Source: Lama glama (lineage: Eukaryota). Taken from it: DNA of 64,000 nucleotides. The first letter of the stretch is position 1; each line of letters begins with the position of its first letter. The position numbers were made by a program, and so were the translations under genes. Below the pieces are notes generated by a model, which was given only the letters and a program-made list of their open reading frames with translations, was not told the DNA's origin and ran no database searches. The stretch spans positions 104,534,001 through 104,598,000 of the forward strand of contig CM052817.1 in assembly GCA_028534125.1 (NCBI GenBank). The letters run 5' to 3'. Below, one piece after another: positions 26,761-39,333 of this stretch.

Positions 26761-26944
26761 ACTGTGAGGCCCAGAGAGGTTACAACCCTACTGAAATGGT
26801 GAGGCCAGTATATGGATCCAAAGTCTTTTGATAAGAAAGCCCATTTGCTCGTCTGTGAATCCAGAACAGAACTCTGCCTCTTCCAGAACCAAGCTGGGGG
26901 GTGCCTCTTACTGACCCTTTGCTCATAACATGCCCAGTGTTTAC

Positions 26945-27029
26945 CTTTCAATTAATTCACAAGCATCTCTCTTTGAATATCCTGCTTTTTTGGGATCAAG
27001 ATGACTCTGAAACCACTGCAGTTTTTCAC
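26945..27029 (-). CDS. TMA16: TMA16 exon 4
   Basis: tgttatag|GTGAAAAACTGCAG...TTGAAAG|gtaaac; 85 nt; (G)[27 protein letters not shown](R). Confidence 0.95.
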
Positions 27030-27161
27030 CTATAACAACAAGTACCAAGACAGTTTACCACCACAAGTCATCAACTTAAGCAGAGGTATTCATTATAATT
27101 TTCAACATCAATGTGATTAAAACAGTATCAAAATTTATTTCAATGTTAAATATAAGGTTTT

Positions 27162-27212
27162 GTGACGGTTTAATTTCTGACAGAAATTAAATTTCAGAAA
27201 TTAAACCATCAC
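27162..27212. repeat. 19-bp inverted repeat (hairpin) with 13-nt loop
   Basis: GTGACGGTTTAATTTCTGA ... TCAGAAATTAAACCATCAC, 18 of 19 positions complementary. Confidence 0.9.
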
Positions 27213-27429
27213 GTTTTAAATTTGGGGAAGAGACAAAGGTGGGAGGGATGCTCTTCTGTACATACTTCTTATCCGAGGATAGAAAAAAGTTTAAAAGAAT
27301 ACTTTCACAGTACGTGAAGTTCTAAGTATTTATAAAGCAAAGGACAGAACTTGTCTAAAAGCGTCAGGAGTCTGATTAGATTAACAAAGAGGATGGTACC
27401 TGCAGAACATTTAACAAGCGGCAGGCACT

Positions 27430-27530
27430 CCGTCAAGAGGTTTGCAATCCTATGAGGATTAACACTGTTATCCCCATTTACAAATGAGAAAGGTTGAGTA
27501 ACCTGCTCAGGGCCTCAAAGTTAGTAAATA
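27430..27530 (-). mobile_element. MIR core fragment
   Basis: caatcctatgagg...ttatccccatttacaaatgagaaaggttgagtaacctgctcaggg. Confidence 0.7.
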
Positions 27531-28223
27531 AACACTCAGCATACAAGGCCTGCCATCTGCCAGGTACCGCACAGAGTGACTGACTTTTATTGTCAAAGAG
27601 CTAATAATGGGCCTCATCCTGGTGAGTACATCTGACCATCGGGGTGTCACTTTCAGTTAGATTCCTCAATATCACAGATTAAGAACTGGCCCTACCCAGG
27701 ATGGCTGAGAACCCATTTAGAAACACAATTCTCTCGCCTGACAAAGCATTAGTTATGGGCTCAAATACCTTTGATTTTAGTATTAAAGCCTAGCAGCCAC
27801 TCTTTCAAACCCTCTGATCTGTCAGTGCAAACTGACCAATAATAAATCCGACCCCAAGAAGACTGTGACACTGGGATACAGACTGAGGATACATACATTC
27901 ACATCATTAAACATAAATTGCTGTTTCCAAAATCCTTCATAATTCTAATGGTTAGGGAGCTAGAATTAAACATGAGAAAGAGAGAGACGGATGGATGGAT
28001 GAAGACAGGCAGGCAGGTACTGAACAGTTCCTAAAAACTGAGCTCTAGACATTATTAACACTGTTCTAAGAATTTAATGACTGATTTTACTTCATTTCAA
28101 TCAAGTCTGGTAAAGAAAATTCACTTAGATAAAAATAGCATTTCACTAAGAAAGTCGAAAATATGAACAGGGAAGAACTTCACTATGCTCAGGCCCAAGT
28201 GTCAAATAAATAAATCCACTTAC

Positions 28224-28261
28224 CAATAAGGCTGAGACGCAATGCCTTGTCATTCTTCAAC
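28224..28261 (-). CDS. TMA16: TMA16 exon 3
   Basis: tttttctcctaag|GTTGAAGAATGACAAGGCATTGCGTCTCAGCCTTATTG|gtaagt; 38 nt; (K)LKNDKALRLSLI(G). Confidence 0.94.
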
Positions 28262-28734
28262 CTTAGGAGAAAAAGTACGTATGTGTTAGAAATCTTCCAA
28301 AGCAAGTTTCAAAAATCTGTCAAAAACAATAAAAAGAAAAACTGCCTGAAGAACCTAAATTCAAAAATCATTCTTTTATGCATATGAAATTAATTTTTTT
28401 AATGAAGAAACACTGAACACCATGTGTCTCTTTTAAATCCTGGAACAAAATAATAGAAAAAATTGTTTCACTCTGTAGTGGCCAAAGGACACCTATAGAA
28501 CAAATCAGTTTGAAAGCACAAAGGAAAGCTTGATTGGATTTCGTAATATGCAGAATGTTCGTAACAAAAGAGCAATGAGTGCCTTCGAGAAGATTAAGGG
28601 CTACCACCAAGATCAAAACTGTCATCTTCTAAACTTCAACAAGGACAAAACAGAACGTTTACTTTTCATAAATTTGGTAAGAATTATGACCAAAGAAAAG
28701 AAGTCATTTATTCTAAAATAATAAAGGGTCTAGG

Positions 28735-31419
28735 GAACCACAGAGAGACAGCAGGAGGGGTGTGCTCACGATATAATTGGGCCCTATAACCCCCCCGCTG
28801 GGCAACCTACAACCTGAAGTCGCAGAGGCCCTCCCACAGGAGTGAGCTCTGAGCCCCACGTCAGGCTCCCCAGCTGAGGTTGACACTGGGAGAACATCCC
28901 AGGATATCTGGTTTTGAAGCTCAGTGGGGCTTAACTCCAGCAGCCCCACGGGTCTGGCGGAAACTGAGACTTCAGTGTCTTGGGAATCAAACATAGAATC
29001 TCACATGCACCAGGTCCAAGGGCAGAGGCAGTGATTTCATAGGAACCTGGGCCAGACCTGCCTGCTGGTTTTGGAGGGTCTCCTGGGGACATGGGGGATG
29101 GCTGCAGCTCACTCAAGAGACATAAACTCTGGTGGCAGACATTCCAGGAATGTTCATCTACATGAGTTTTCCAGGAGGCTGGTGTCTTGACTGGATCATT
29201 AGGGTGGGAACACGGCCCCAACCATCAGCAGACTTCCTGAGTCACAAAGGCCTCTAGGCAGGGCCCTATCCACCAGAGGTCCAGGCTGAGCTTCACCCAG
29301 CAGTGGGTAGGCGCCTGTGGAAGGAATCCACAAACACAGGCCAGACTCTACACTGGGACTGGCGAGACCTTGGCCCTTGGGTGACAAGAGAGGAGTGTAC
29401 TGCTGAGACGCATACGGCATTTCCCACAGAGGGCCACTTCCCCAAGGTTTAGAAACGTAACTGATCTACCTAAAAATACAAACAGAAATTAAGACAACAT
29501 GAGGCAGCAAAGGAACATATATAAAAAGGCACAAGATAAAATCCCAGAAAAAGAAATTTTAAGTGATGAGGAGATAGACAATTTATCCAAGAAAGAGTTT
29601 ATAATTATGATGATGTTCAGAGAACTCGGGAGGAGTATAGATGCACAAAGCAAAGTTTTTAGCAAAGAGTTAGAAAACAGAGCTGAAGAATACAATCACT
29701 GAAATGAATAACACACTAGAAGGAACCAAGAACAGACTCAGTGAGGCAGAAGAATGGATCAATGAGCTAGAAGACAAATTAGTGGAAATCACTACTGCAG
29801 AAAAGAAAAAAGAATGAAAAGAAATGAGTATAGTTTAAGAGACCTCTGGGATAACATGAAGCACACTAATATTTGTGTTACAGGGGTCCCAGAAAGCAAA
29901 GAGAGAGAGAAAGGACCTGAGAAAATATTTGAAGAGATAAGTGCTAAAAACTTCCCCAACTTGGGAAAGGAAACAGTCACCCAAGCCCAGGAAGTGCAGA
30001 GAGTTCCACAGGATCATCCCAAAGAGGAGCACACCAAGGCATGTAGTCGTCAAATTAACAAAAATTAAGGATGAGGAGAAAATGCTAAAATCAGCAAGAG
30101 AAAAGCAACAAATAACATACAAGGGAACTCCCATAAGGTTATCAGCTAATTTTTCAGCAGAAACTTTACAGGCCAGAAGGGAGTGGCATGATATATTTAA
30201 AGTGATGAAAAGGAAAAACTTACAACCAAGAATACTCTATCCAGCAAGGTTCTCATTCAGATTTGATGGAGAAATCAAAAGCTTCGCAGATAAACGAAAG
30301 CTGAAAGAATTCAGCACCACCAAACCAGCTTTACAACAAATGTTAAAGGACCCTCTCTCTAGTCATCAAGCCATAAGACAAGACAACAAAAAGAAGAGAG
30401 AAAAAAACAAAACAAAAAATGACCTACAATAGATCGCTTTGGCTGTTCGAGGTCTTCTGTGCTTCCTATTTTGGAACTGTTTGTTCTAGCTCTGTGAGGA
30501 ATGCCGTGAGTATTTTGACAGGGGTTGCACTGGATCTGTGGGTTGCTTTGGGTAGTGTGGCTGTTTTGACAGTGTTGATTCTTCCAATCCAAGAGCACAA
30601 GATATCTTTCCATTTCTTTGTGTCAGTTTGGTTTTTGGTTTTCAAAGTATAGGTAACCTCCTTGATTAAGTTTATTTCTAGGTATTTTGGGTTTTTTTGA
30701 CGCAATGGAAAGGTTTATGCCAGTTATAAAACTCTGGTTTTTGAAGTTAAAAAAAAAGTGAAGGGCCAAAAATGGCAAAATATCCTTCTTTCTTATGGGC
30801 AAGTTGTATTCCATTATATATGTGTGTGTGTATATATATGTATATATATATGAATGCTGCATCTTCTTTATTCATCTGTTGATGTGCACTTGGGATGCTT
30901 GCATGTCTTGGCAATTAGAAATAATGTTGCTGTTAATAGCAGGGTGTATGTATCTTTTTGAATTAATTCTTATGTTGTGGTTGGCTTTATTCCTTTGATA
31001 ACCATGTTAAGTTTAAAAAACTAAAGCTCTAAACAATCTTAGAAACAATGAACAGTACATAAATGTAAATTTAAAAAAACATTAAATGTGCAGTTAAAAA
31101 AAAAGAGAAAAGAAAAATACCGTATGATATCGCTTATATGTGGAATCTAAAAAAAGGGCACAAATGAACTTATCTACAAAACAGAAACAGAATCACAGAC
31201 ATAGAGAACAGACTCATGGTTACCAGGGGGCAGAGGGGTTGGGAAGGGATGAATTGGGAATTTGAAAACTGCACTCTTGGGGAGAGGTGGAAATGTTAGG
31301 TATCTTAATTGTGGTGGTGGTTTCATACGTGTACACATCTATCAAAATTTATCAAATTGCCCACCTGAAATATGTGTAGTTTACTATACAGAAATTACAC
31401 CACAGTCGAGTTGTTTAAA
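28735..31419 (+). mobile_element. Composite L1-derived element: 5' UTR + degenerate ORF1 (about 29499-30350) + antisense ORF2 pieces + L1 3' fragments
   Basis: ORF1 remnants (EKGPEKIFEEI, TPRHVVVKL, YKGTPIRLSANFSAETLQARREWHDIFKV, ILYPARFSF); minus-strand ORF2 at 30431-30705; candidate TSD AATAAAGGGTCTAGG (28720-28734) / AAGAAATGGTCTAGG (31420-31434). Confidence 0.85.
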
Positions 31420-32214
31420 AAGAAATGGTCTAGGTGTTATATGCCTCCTGCTGTTGCTATTCTAAATTCTAACTCATTCAGGAAAGACCTCTGAGTGGCC
31501 AGTTTTTGCAACACTTTGTTAGCCACAGCAATGAAGAAAAAACCTACTGTCCCTGCCCTAACAAAGCAGACCAGATTTACTCTCCCACTTTAAACAACTA
31601 GAAAACTGAAGAAATAAAATGAAGCCTTTTTTATAAAAATTTTTTAAGCATAAGAAGGGGATAAAATATTCACAAGACTAATAACTAACTAAAGACTTGC
31701 ATGAAGAATATACCAACAGTTCTTACTACTTAACAACAGAAAACCAATTCAAAACCAAAAAAGATTTTAACAGATTTTTCATCAAAGACATAAAAGTGAC
31801 CAATAAGCACATGAAAATTTGTTTAATATCACTAGTCATCAAGAAGTACAAATTAAAACCACCATGACATACTACCATACACCTACCAGATTGGCTAAAA
31901 TCTATTTTAAAACTGATAATACAACATGTTTAAGAGGATACAGAGTGAATGTAACTCTTATACATTAGTGGTGAAAAGATAAAATGGTACTGTCACCTCA
32001 GATAAGGCAATTTCTTATATATTAAAAATTACACCTACCACATGACCTCATTCTCTTAAACACTTTCTTAAAAACTTGATTTCTTATATACTTAAACATG
32101 TAGCTACTGTACGACCCAGCAATTCCAGTTCTAAGAACTGAAAGAAAAATGGAAACCTACGTACACAAAGCCCCCGCATGTGAATGCTCTGGTAGCCTTG
32201 TCTGCATGTCACAG

Positions 32215-32415
32215 CAGGGGTTGACCATTTCTGCTTAAATGGCAGGACAGTAACATGCTAGGCTTTGAGGGCCACGTGGCTGATCCATCCCAACTACTCA
32301 TCTCTGCCTTTAGGGTCTCAAAGCAGCTGTGAACAGTATGAAACGAATGGGCATAGCTGCTTTCCAGGGAAGCAAACTGTTTTTATACAAACAAGTGGGT
32401 AGGCACTTAACCCAA
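32215..32415 (+). mobile_element. MER58A-like DNA transposon
   Basis: caggggttgacc...ggacagtaacatgctaggctttgagggccac...caactactcatctctgcc...aaacgaatgggcatagctg. Confidence 0.75.
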
Positions 32416-32659
32416 CAGAGCAGATCTGGAAAAGAGCCACAAACTATAAACAATCCAAATAACAATCAACCTGTAAGTGGATAAACACACTGCACAGCCA
32501 TACAACGGAACACTACTCAGTAATAATGGAGAAGGACAACTGAAATATGCAATAACAAGGATAAACTTCACAAATACTATGCAAACAGAAAAAAGCTAGC
32601 ATCAAAAACTGCCTAAGCATGACTCCATTTATATGAAACATTAGAAAGACAAATCTCAT

Positions 32660-33070
32660 CCATCAAGATACAGAGCAAATCTACAGAAACAATAAAAAGA
32701 CTATGGTTTCCAGGGGTTTGGGGGGAGGGAGGGATGAACAGACGGAGCACAGGAGCTTTTAGGGCAACGAAATTATTCTGCATGATACTACAGTGGTGGC
32801 TACATGTCATAATGCATTTGTCAAAGCTCACAGAATGGACAACATCAAGAGTGAGCCCTAATGTAAGCTATGGACTTTGGTTGAGAATAATGTGTCGCTG
32901 TTGGTTCATCAATTGTACCAAATATGCCACACTGATGAGGGATGTTGAAGGTAGGGGAGGATGTATGTGTGGGTGGGGAGGGCTATGTGCAAACTCTGTA
33001 TTTTCTGCGCAATTCTACTGTAAACCCTAAACTGCTCTAAAAAAATCAAGTCTATTAAAAACAAAAAAAA
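32660..33070 (+). mobile_element. L1MC-type 3' UTR
   Basis: gtgagccctaatgtaagctatggactttgg...ctgtaaaccctaaactgctctaaaaaaatcaagtctattaaaa. Confidence 0.8.
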
Positions 33071-34053
33071 AACAGGTACAGAGCAAACCAATGGGTGCCT
33101 AAGGCTAGGGGTGGAGGGTGGAGAACTGACTGGGAAGATCTTTAGAAGGATGAAAGCGCACTCTACGTCTGCTTCACGGTGGTCACACCATATATTATCA
33201 AAACTCAAACTCTGTACACTTGTAATATGTCTATTTTGTCATATATTATTTATACCTCAAAGTTGATTTTAAAAAAAAGAACACTTCATAACCAGGTAGA
33301 AAAAGGCTTTGAGGAGAATTCGTTCCTTCTGAATCAGCCTGGAAGGAAGAGTCCACCTAAAAGTCAAGTTTGCCATTGTTCTGAACGAACTCAATGGCAC
33401 CTAAATTACAGTGGTGTCAGCTGAGATGAAGAAGAGAAGAGAGATTTGAGATTTATCTTCAAAAACAGTTGTTTCCTAGTTGCTACCCATTATGCTTAGT
33501 TTCTGTGTTAATTTTCCATATTAAGTCATTTTTACTGGTATCTAGAGTTCTTTGCTACATACCTAGTGGGACAAAATAGGACCGTACACAGCCACAAAAT
33601 GTTGCTATGCTGAGAAGTCATAAAATAAAGCTAAAATCATGATACAAAGTAACTACTTGCCTATAAACTGCCCATCAATTAAAATGCACTAGACTTCAAA
33701 CTGTACCAGTTTCTTTCAACAGGAACAGAAGCAATATTTCATATAATCCTGAATCAGCATGTTCAAACGCTAAAGATGAAGAACGCCTGACTTCTCCACG
33801 CTGCTCTGTGCCCCTGCTGTCTTTAGGTCGTCAGAGTCCATCTCTGAGGGTCAACCTGATGAATCCAGAAATTCGAGTCTGTGCCCTCTTCCTCCGGTCA
33901 AAGGCACTGCCCCTAGCAAACACCCTCCCCGATCTTCCCCTGAAAACGAAACTTAGGAACTGGCACAAAGAGTCCCGGGTTCTGCATTAATGTGCAGAGA
34001 CCAGATACTCCAGCCTGCCTGGCTACTCTTCCTCCTGAGGCAGGCAGGCACCA

Positions 34054-34576
34054 TGAGGAGGTGGTAATACCCAAGACGGCCCCAGCGCTGCTGCTTGCTG
34101 CTTTGACAGTCACGGCCCTATCCTCCCTGAGTGTGGCTGGACCTAATGACTCACCTCTAACGAGTGAGACGGTGCAACAGCGATGCATGTCATTTGGAAA
34201 TTATGTTACAAACACTGTCTTCCATCCTGGTCACCCCCGCTCTCTGTCTCAGAGCCTTTGCTCTGGGGGAGTCACACTGCCATGCTGTAAGCAGCCCTAT
34301 GAAGAGGCTCACGTGGCAAGGAACTGACATCTCCAGCCAACGGCCAGCCAAGACTGAGGTCTATCCATCACCGTATGAATAGCCTGTCAGCAAAACCTCT
34401 TCCTATCAAAGCTCTGAGATGAATGCAGCCCCAGCCAACACCTTGATTGTAACCTTGCAGGACACCGAGCCAATGCACCTAGGTAAGTGGCACTGGGATT
34501 CCTGACTGAGAAACTGTTTGTTTCACTCTGCTGAGCCGTAGGATAGTTTCTTACGTAGCAATAGATAACTAAAACA
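34054..34576 (+). mobile_element. MLT1 (ERVL-MaLR) solo LTR
   Basis: ctgccatgctgtaagcagccctatgaagaggctcacgtggcaaggaactg; ends gtagcaatagataactaaaaca. Confidence 0.85.
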
Positions 34577-34870
34577 GTAGCTGATAACTGCTGTTTATTT
34601 CTAAGAAGCCACAGGCACCTGACGTTCAAGTTAAGGCCTGATGGCACCTTTTCTATCATCCTGCTTACAGTTGCCCCAACAATCTGGGGATCTTGTCACC
34701 AACCATCTCTTGAAAATATGCAACTCACCATTTCTGCCTTGCTAGAAGTACTGCTGTAGGGCAGGGGCCCAGCAGCATCTCTGGATGCTCTCCGTGACCA
34801 CGCTCCCGCTTGTTTAAGAAGGACTCATGGTCCCTGCTGCTGCTGCTCAAAAAGCTGACACTTATGACAG

Positions 34871-34931
34871 GTTTCATGAAATGTCAGACACTACTAAATG
34901 CCTGTTTCATAAAATGTCAGACGCTACTAAA
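34871..34931. repeat. Tandem duplication, 33-bp period
   Basis: GTTTCATGAAATGTCAGACACTACTAAA / GTTTCATAAAATGTCAGACGCTACTAAA. Confidence 0.9.
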
Positions 34932-35667
34932 ACTACATGTGTTTGCTTCTGGCGCTATGACTGCCACAAGGGTGACTTCTTCAAAATACATGAGAAAAAA
35001 GAGAACACTCCATCTGTTTGTAACACTGCCCAAGAAGAAAAGAATTAAATGATGTCTTTCAACTCTGTACTATTAAAATAGAGCCGTGGCCAACAACAGA
35101 ACTTCTTTAGGACAAGTTTTAAATGTGAGATTAGCAATGTTATTCTGTTTTATCCTTCCATGATTCTTCTATAATGTTGACTGTAAATCAACATTAAATC
35201 AATCCATAAGCTCCTGAATATACTTGACAACATACAAACATCACAAATATTTACAGTGAAGCAAAGTACTCAGTCATAGTCTAAAGCATTATTTCCTAAA
35301 ATACTGCATGCATACCACTACGTAAGGTGTGTACTATGTAAGCTAATTTTCAGGCAGTTCATATACACAGAATTGAACAATCTGTAATCAAATGGTAATA
35401 AGCAAGTTACCTTTCCCCTCATTTTCTTTAGATCCTTTCCAATTACATTAAGGAGAAAACTTAGCTTAATGTTAGTTTATTTTACAAGTCTTCCAACCTT
35501 TGCTAATCTTTCCATCAAAAATAAGTAACCACACCTCGAGCTCAAATCATTCGGGGAAGGCAACAGTATCTAGTTGGTTTCAACAGAGATAAAATGTCTC
35601 CTTTAAAAACATTAATAGTTAAGGGTAAAAGATTTCTAAAGATTGTAAATTAAAGAACATGATAGAT

Positions 35668-35816
35668 CAGTGCCAGAACCAGAAGTAACATGACTAGAAA
35701 CTTGCCAGAAATGCAAACCCTTCTGAATGGAAACCTCCGGGCGTGAGGCCCACAATCTGTTTCAGCACTCCTGACAGGTGTGCCTCATGCACACTGAAGT
35801 TTGTGAAATAGTGGTA
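35668..35816 (+). mobile_element. MER5A-like remnant
   Basis: cttgccagaaatgcaaa...gaggcccacaatctgttt...atgcacactgaagtttgtgaaatagtg. Confidence 0.6.
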
Positions 35817-36409
35817 CAGGTGATGGAAAAATCATGCAAGCAGCATATGTCAAAAAGATACAGCAAAATTCATCAAAGTGATACGTAAGTAACTGAAGCT
35901 TGAAAATTACTGTTTTAAAGCAATAAAATCATTATAACAAACTTAAACGTAAAAAGACCCTCCCTTACAAAAAAAAAAAAAAAAGAAAGAAAATTTGACT
36001 ACACTATCATAGCAGTTGACTACTTTTTTCAAGAAAACTTCTAGTCACATCATTTGTGAGCCAGCTAAGCCCTACTGGTCTTGGGCAAGGAATCAACTTG
36101 CAACAGTGAAAGTGCTGGCTTCTATCAGCCAGTGTGCAGATGCATCCAGTGCCATTAAAATCATCAAACTGATGCTTTCCACTTTGCCTTCATAACTTCA
36201 TTTTAAGGGACTTCTTGTTTTCATAGCAGTTCCTGGGGACCCTCAAAGGCCAGAGATGGAGGGGAGAACAGGCAAATTACACAGTGTGTGCTGCTGACCA
36301 GAGAAGGGGGGACCAAGGGACAAGGAGACAAGAAAAGATGGGGCGTTACACACATATTTTGTTTTCCTAGGAAGAAAATTTTCCTATGAATCCTTCACAT
36401 CAAGAATAT

Positions 36410-38470
36410 AGGCCAACTTTCAGAATGGCAGAATCAGAACTTACAAAAATCTGCTCCCCCACAGGGGCCAAGAGAGCACTGACAAAGCCTGTCAAAATCA
36501 ACTTTTTAGAAGTATAGAAATGAAAGGCTTGCAACAATCCAAGGAGCATTTACTCGAGAAAAATGGCCCAATCTCAGTAAGGACAGCAAATCTGGGGTGT
36601 TTATACCCCATCCCCCTCTTCCCAGCTCTGGACCAGCAACTCCTCCTAGCAGCCACCAGGACAGACACATCAGGACGGGAGCTCCCCACAAGCTCACCCT
36701 GAGAACTGTCGCCATTTGGCCCAACCGGCAGCACACTGAAAAGCTCCATTCTCAGTTACTCTGCTTTTATTTAATCTAACTCAGAGCTCTATGTGGAAGC
36801 AGCCCTGCCCCCGGGTTGCTCCTCAAAAACAAATTGGCAACAACTAACACAGCAGCTGCCTGAGTGATGTTACCAGTTAGGGGCTAACAAAAGGCTGACC
36901 AAAACATTAAAAGGAAAAACTAAGAAGTGGAAGGCTGATAGAGGGCTTGAAAAACTAGCTTCAACATACTCGCAAGGATGGTGTATTCAGGACTGTGTTC
37001 ACGCCAAGGAAAGATCTGAGAAGGTCCTATTTTCTCACCTCTGGACAACCATGATGCTCTTCAAATGGAAATGAAGTCTATAAACTGCCTACTGGAGTAT
37101 CGGAAGCATGTCCAACAGACTAACAGAGCCCCTCAGCAAACATTGAGAAACTTATTAAAGGAACTTAAAGAAATCACTGCCTAAATACTAGCTGACCGCT
37201 AACTGAGCGGAAGCTTCAAAGGTCACACACAACAAACAGACTTTACAAAACCAGTCCAGGAAAGTCACAAAGCAAACAGCAACAGCAAAACAACAGTGAG
37301 CCTGATCAAGGATAGGGGTAGGTCGTGTGTGATTAACAGGACTGTCACACTGCAATATTTAAAATGTCCAGTTTTGAACAAAAATTAGGAGACACAAAGA
37401 AACAGGAAAGTACGGCCCATAATCGGGGGTTAAAAATGGCACACAATAGAAACTGTTCCTGAAGAAGTCCAGAGGGTTGGACCTACTGGACAAAGACGAG
37501 CAAACATAAGAGTAAGTCAGGGGAAATTATCCAATCTGAGCAACGGAAAGTAAAAAGAGAAAAATTAAGTCTCAGAGGCCTAGGGGGACACCACAAAGCA
37601 CACCAACATATGCATAATGGGAGTCACAGAAGGAGAGGACAGAGAGGACAGAAAGGATATTTGAGAAAATGGCCCAAAACTTCCCAATTTGATGAAAAAC
37701 ATTAATTATACACCCAAGAAGCTTAACAAACTCCGTGTAGGATGAACTCAGAGATCCACACCTAGGCATATCATTGTCAAACTATTCAAAGACAAAGAGG
37801 ACATCTTGAAAGCATCAGGAGAAAAGTGATTCATCGCACACAAAGGATCCTCAGTAAGATTAACAGCTGACTTCTTATCAGAACCACAGAAGCCAGAAGG
37901 CTGAGGGATGACAGAGTCCAAGTGTTCAAGGAAGACTGTAAACCAAAAATTCTATACACAGTGAAACTTTAAAATGAAGCACAATCCTGTAGAAGTGAAG
38001 GAAAAATTGAAGGCATTCTCAGATGAACAAAAATGAGAGAATCTGCTGCTTGCAGACCTGCCCTACAAGGAACACTAAAGGGAGCTTTCTGGCTGAAATG
38101 AAAGGATGGTAGATAGCAATCCGAATCCACATGAAAAAATAAGAAGCCCCAGTGAAAATGTAATCCCATAGGTAGATATAAAAGACAGTCTGAACGTATT
38201 TTTGTTTGTAACACTTTTCTTGTCCTAATTTAAGACAACTGCATAAAAACAATAATTAGGAAACTGTGTTTATGCACTTACAATATATAAAGATATAATT
38301 TAGCGGACATTAATAGTACAAAGAAGGGGGTCAGGATGGAGTTATGGTAGAGCAAATTCTTTGACTACTACTGAAATTAACTTGACTTTCATCTGAACTA
38401 GATTGTTTTCAGTTTTAAGATATTAGTTGTAATTTCCAAGGCAACTATTAATAACTCAAGAAAAATACAG
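36410..38470 (+). mobile_element. Old L1M 5' UTR, ORF1 remnant and inter-ORF region
   Basis: aatggcccaaaacttcccaatttgatgaaaaac, ccacacctaggcatatcattgtcaaact, aagattaacagctgacttcttatcagaa (ORF1 motifs); many stops. Confidence 0.85.
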
Positions 38471-38489
38471 TGATCTCCACTTTACTAAA

Positions 38490-39140
38490 TGATCTCATTA
38501 CTAAATCAAATTACTAAATCAATTCTCAGCTCTAATCTTAGTAGCAAATGCCATAGACTGATCACTATTTTCTCTCTGAAATGCTACCTTCTTTTTTCTC
38601 CTCCTCAGTCTCACCTGTTGGAGCCTCTTCCTTTCTCCAACCTCTAAATGGTGGAGGGCCTCCAGACTGGACCCTTGGCACCCTCTCTTTCTTATCTTAT
38701 TCATTAGTTAAGTGGTCTTATCCAGTCTGATGATTTGTAGTTCCAGATAGATGCTGATGACTCCCAAATTTGTGTCCCTATCTGTGACTTATCCTCTGAT
38801 CACTAGACCCAACATATCCCACTGCCCATTCTGTATCTCATCTTCTACATCTAAGAAGCACTTTAACCTACACACCTGATAAATGTCTGCATAGCTCACT
38901 GCCTCACATCTTAACAGTTCTCTGCTTAAAGTGTAACATCTTCAGAGAAGCCTTCTATGACTAGCCTATGTAAGACAGAACCTCCCCCTCACTCTCCAAC
39001 CCACAATCCTTTTCAATTTTTCTTCACTGCACTCATCACAATCTGTTTATATTCATGTATCTGTTTTAGGTAAACTCTAAGAGCTGAATCCTTATTCATG
39101 GTTTTCCCTGGGCACAGGACATTATTTATTTATTGAAGAA
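38490..39140 (+). mobile_element. L2 LINE fragment
   Basis: ggagggcctccagactggacccttggcaccctctc, atgctgatgactcccaaatttgtgtcc, catcttcagagaagccttctatgac. Confidence 0.75.
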
Positions 39141-39220
39141 AGAAGGGCATACTGATCAAGAATAAGCATATAAGAGAGCTTTTCACCAATGCATAATACA
39201 AACAATGAAAAGACACTTAC

Positions 39221-39333
39221 TTTTCCTTTTTTTCTTGTTTGTGAGCCTGTCTTGTAATTTGAGCTGCTTTTCTGCTATATGGATGGATGACTTTTTTTTC
39301 CTGTCTTACATTTTTTCCCTTTGGTGCTTTAGG
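39221..39333 (-). CDS. TMA16: TMA16 exon 2
   Basis: attttag|CCTAAAGCACCAAAG...AAGGAAAA|gtaagt; 113 nt; [37 protein letters not shown](K). Confidence 0.96.

Larger units (their letters stand above)
31640..33280 (+). mobile_element. Old L1ME-type ORF2 end/3' UTR with nested MER58A and L1MC 3' end
   Basis: ccaataagcacatgaaaa, aaattaaaaccaccatgacatact, tgactccatttatatgaa; nested elements listed separately. Confidence 0.75.
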
